A stretch of 64,000 nucleotides of DNA from Deltaproteobacteria bacterium (GTDB taxonomy: Bacteria; Desulfobacterota; Syntrophia; Syntrophales; UBA8958), in contig JAKQIZ010000078.1 in NCBI GenBank assembly GCA_029561465.1, positions 6,638-70,637 on the forward strand. The letters are read 5' to 3'. Shown here in pieces: positions 62,551 to 64,000 of the stretch. Below the pieces are notes generated by a model. That model was not told the DNA's origin. It made no database searches and saw only the letters and a list, made by a program, of their open reading frames with translations. Every line of letters starts with the position of its first letter. The stretch's first letter is position 1. The translations under genes and the position numbers were made by a program.

Positions 62551-63137
62551 CGTTTTTCCGGATAGATGCCGCCGGCCTTGATGAAACTTCCGGGCGGTAT
62601 GGTCGTGTATTCTTTCGATACGGCACAACTTCCGTAAAATGTGCCGCTGCCCATCGTTACGCCCCCGTTGACCACCGCCCCGGTGGCGATATGGCAATGA
62701 TCGTCGATAACCGCGTCATGTTCGATCAGGGCCCGGGTGTTGACGATGCAATTTTTTCCCACCCGCGCCCCGGCATTGACCAGGGCGTGATGCATGACGA
62801 TCGTCCCCGCCCCCACCCGGGCATGGGGAGAGACATAGGCCAGGGGGGACCGGATGACCGGGAAATCCGCCCCCATGTCCTCCAGCTCCCCAAACAGTTC
62901 CATTCTCCGCCGCGGAGAACGGATATGACCCAGCGTAATCAGCACCTGGGGATACAGTTTGATCAATGCGGGCAGATCCCCATCGGAACCGATCACCGGG
63001 TAACCGAGAACGGTTTGATTCCTTTTTTCCAATACATCCACAATCCCGGCCACGACAAAGCGGTCTTCCCGTTCGATCACATCGATGCAGGACCGGCAGT
63101 GGCCGCCGCCGCCGATGAGGAGGATTTGTTTCTTCAT
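62547..63137 (-). CDS. neuD: hexapeptide-repeat sugar N-acetyltransferase (NeuD/PglD/LegH-like)
   Basis: ILLIGGGGHCRSCIDVI N-terminal Rossmann-like motif plus left-handed beta-helix repeats. ATG 63137 forms an ATGA overlap. Confidence 0.85.
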   Translation of the reverse strand: MKKQILLIGGGGHCRSCIDVIEREDRFVVAGIVDVLEKRNQTVLGYPVIGSDGDLPALIKLYPQVLITLGHIRSPRRRMELFGELEDMGADFPVIRSPLAYVSPHARVGAGTIVMHHALVNAGARVGKNCIVNTRALIEHDAVIDDHCHIATGAVVNGGVTMGSGTFYGSCAVSKEYTTIPPGSFIKAGGIYPEKR

Positions 63138-64000
63138 ATCCGCACGCTGCTGGGGATGTTTGCCAGCCGCCCTTCCAGACGGCGGGCGGTTTCCAGGCCA
63201 TCGCGGCGGCAATGGCGATACATGGGCAGATCGGAGACCAGCGACCAGACAGGCCGGGTCTGGATACCCTTTCCCCGGGAAAAGGCGAGAAAGGCATCCC
63301 GCTCCTCCCGGTCCTTCAGGACCAAGGCATTGAGCCAGTAATTGGATTGGGCGTGGGCGGGTTCCACAACGAATTCCATGCCGGACGCCGCGAAAAACCG
63401 CCGGTACAACTCCGCGGTGACGCGCTTGTTCTCCCGGACGCCGGCAAAGCGTTCCATCTGGGCGCAGCCCACGGCGGCGTTGATGTTCGGCAGACGATAG
63501 TTGTAACCCACCTCATCGTGGAAGAATTCCCAGGTATGCTGCCGCTTCGCCGTGGTGGTGAGGTGTTTCGCCCTGGCCGCCAGGGTGTCGCTGCCGGTGA
63601 TGATCATGCCGCCGCCGCCGGTCGTCACGGGCTTGTTGCCGTTGAAGCTCAGGATGCCCACCTCCCCGAACGTTCCGGCATGACGCCCCCGGTAAAAACT
63701 GCCCAAGGCCTCGGCGGCGTCCTCGACGACGGGAAGCCCATAGTGTCCGCAGATCTCCAGGATGCGGTCGATCCGCGCCGGATGCCCGAAGGTATGCACG
63801 GGGACGCAGGCGGCTATCCTCCCCCCCGTCGTCCGGTCGCGGCAGCCGCCGTGGGGATCCGGGCGGGCGTGGGCAGCCAGGAAATCCGCCAATTTGTCGG
63901 GATCGAGACCCAGCGTCGTCTGCTCCACATCGACGAACACCGGCCGGGCGCCGCAGTAGGCAATGGCATTGGCGGTGGCCACAAAGGTCAGCGGCTGGGT
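63134..64000 (-). CDS. DegT-family aminotransferase (LegC/PglE-like), 5' end outside window
   Basis: VVEDAAEALGS, ILSFNGNKPVTTGGGG (Lys), GYNYRLPNINAA. The frame stays open to the window edge. Confidence 0.85.
   Translation of the reverse strand, partial: TQPLTFVATANAIAYCGARPVFVDVEQTTLGLDPDKLADFLAAHARPDPHGGCRDRTTGGRIAACVPVHTFGHPARIDRILEICGHYGLPVVEDAAEALGSFYRGRHAGTFGEVGILSFNGNKPVTTGGGGMIITGSDTLAARAKHLTTTAKRQHTWEFFHDEVGYNYRLPNINAAVGCAQMERFAGVRENKRVTAELYRRFFAASGMEFVVEPAHAQSNYWLNALVLKDREERDAFLAFSRGKGIQTRPVWSLVSDLPMYRHCRRDGLETARRLEGRLANIPSSVRI

Noticed and set aside
1-64000. Search by eye for CRISPR arrays, tRNA/rRNA genes, IS elements, transposases, integrases, toxin-antitoxin genes or known defence-system genes.
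   Set aside because: None was seen. The only repeats are the 9-bp (KDH)3 repeat, the 13-nt duplication in the DegT insertion and the intergenic inverted/direct repeats at 45191..45368. Every sizeable ORF fits a glycan-biosynthesis context or is an orphan within it.
1-64000. Search for a canonical sulfotransferase (PKxGTT 5'-PSB and RDP 3'-PB motifs) to partner the sulfurylase/APS kinase genes.
   Set aside because: No ORF translation contains these motifs. Absence by eye is not proof, so this is reported as an open question rather than a feature.

Overview
GC-rich bacterial window that is essentially one very large surface-glycan biosynthesis locus. The left edge (1..3178, + strand) carries LPS inner-core heptose genes: a 5'-truncated GT9 heptosyltransferase, gmhB, a second GT9 heptosyltransferase and a small Trm112-like protein. 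From 3225 to the right edge (64000) about 55 genes all lie on the minus strand. They are tightly packed and often share 4-nt ATGA/TTGA stop-start overlaps. Only two non-coding gaps are sizeable: an AT-rich one at 45128..45398 and one at 53219..53411.

Recognisable content:
- a canonical legionaminic-acid-type nonulosonic acid (NulO) module at the right end (LegC-like aminotransferase, NeuD, NeuB, NeuC, CBS-nucleotidyltransferase, Gfo/Idh/MocA oxidoreductase, DegT, CMP-NulO synthetase)
- a second, atypical NeuB-like module
- three CMP-type cytidylyltransferases and six DegT-family aminotransferases, one with a large insertion
- two AsnB amidotransferases, five SAM methyltransferases, several GT4/GT9/CgeB-like glycosyltransferases, a PglC-like initiating phosphoglycosyltransferase, a PglF/CapD-like 4,6-dehydratase and a Wzx flippase.

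Unusual content:
- five radical SAM enzymes (three B12-binding class B, one of them fused to a degenerate HAD domain, and two SPASM-type)
- a pyruvate-kinase-like::ATP-sulfurylase fusion coupled to APS kinase, with no recognisable sulfotransferase
- an orphan TPP-dependent E1 alpha/beta pair with no E2/E3
- a CDP-alcohol-phosphatidyltransferase-like membrane protein
- a DUF115/Maf-like protein preceded by a 61-aa ORF with a strong RBS
- three ~580-650-aa proteins with no recognisable family.

I saw no rRNA, tRNA, CRISPR array, transposase or integrase. All functional calls come from motif recognition by eye on the supplied translations. No database search was run.
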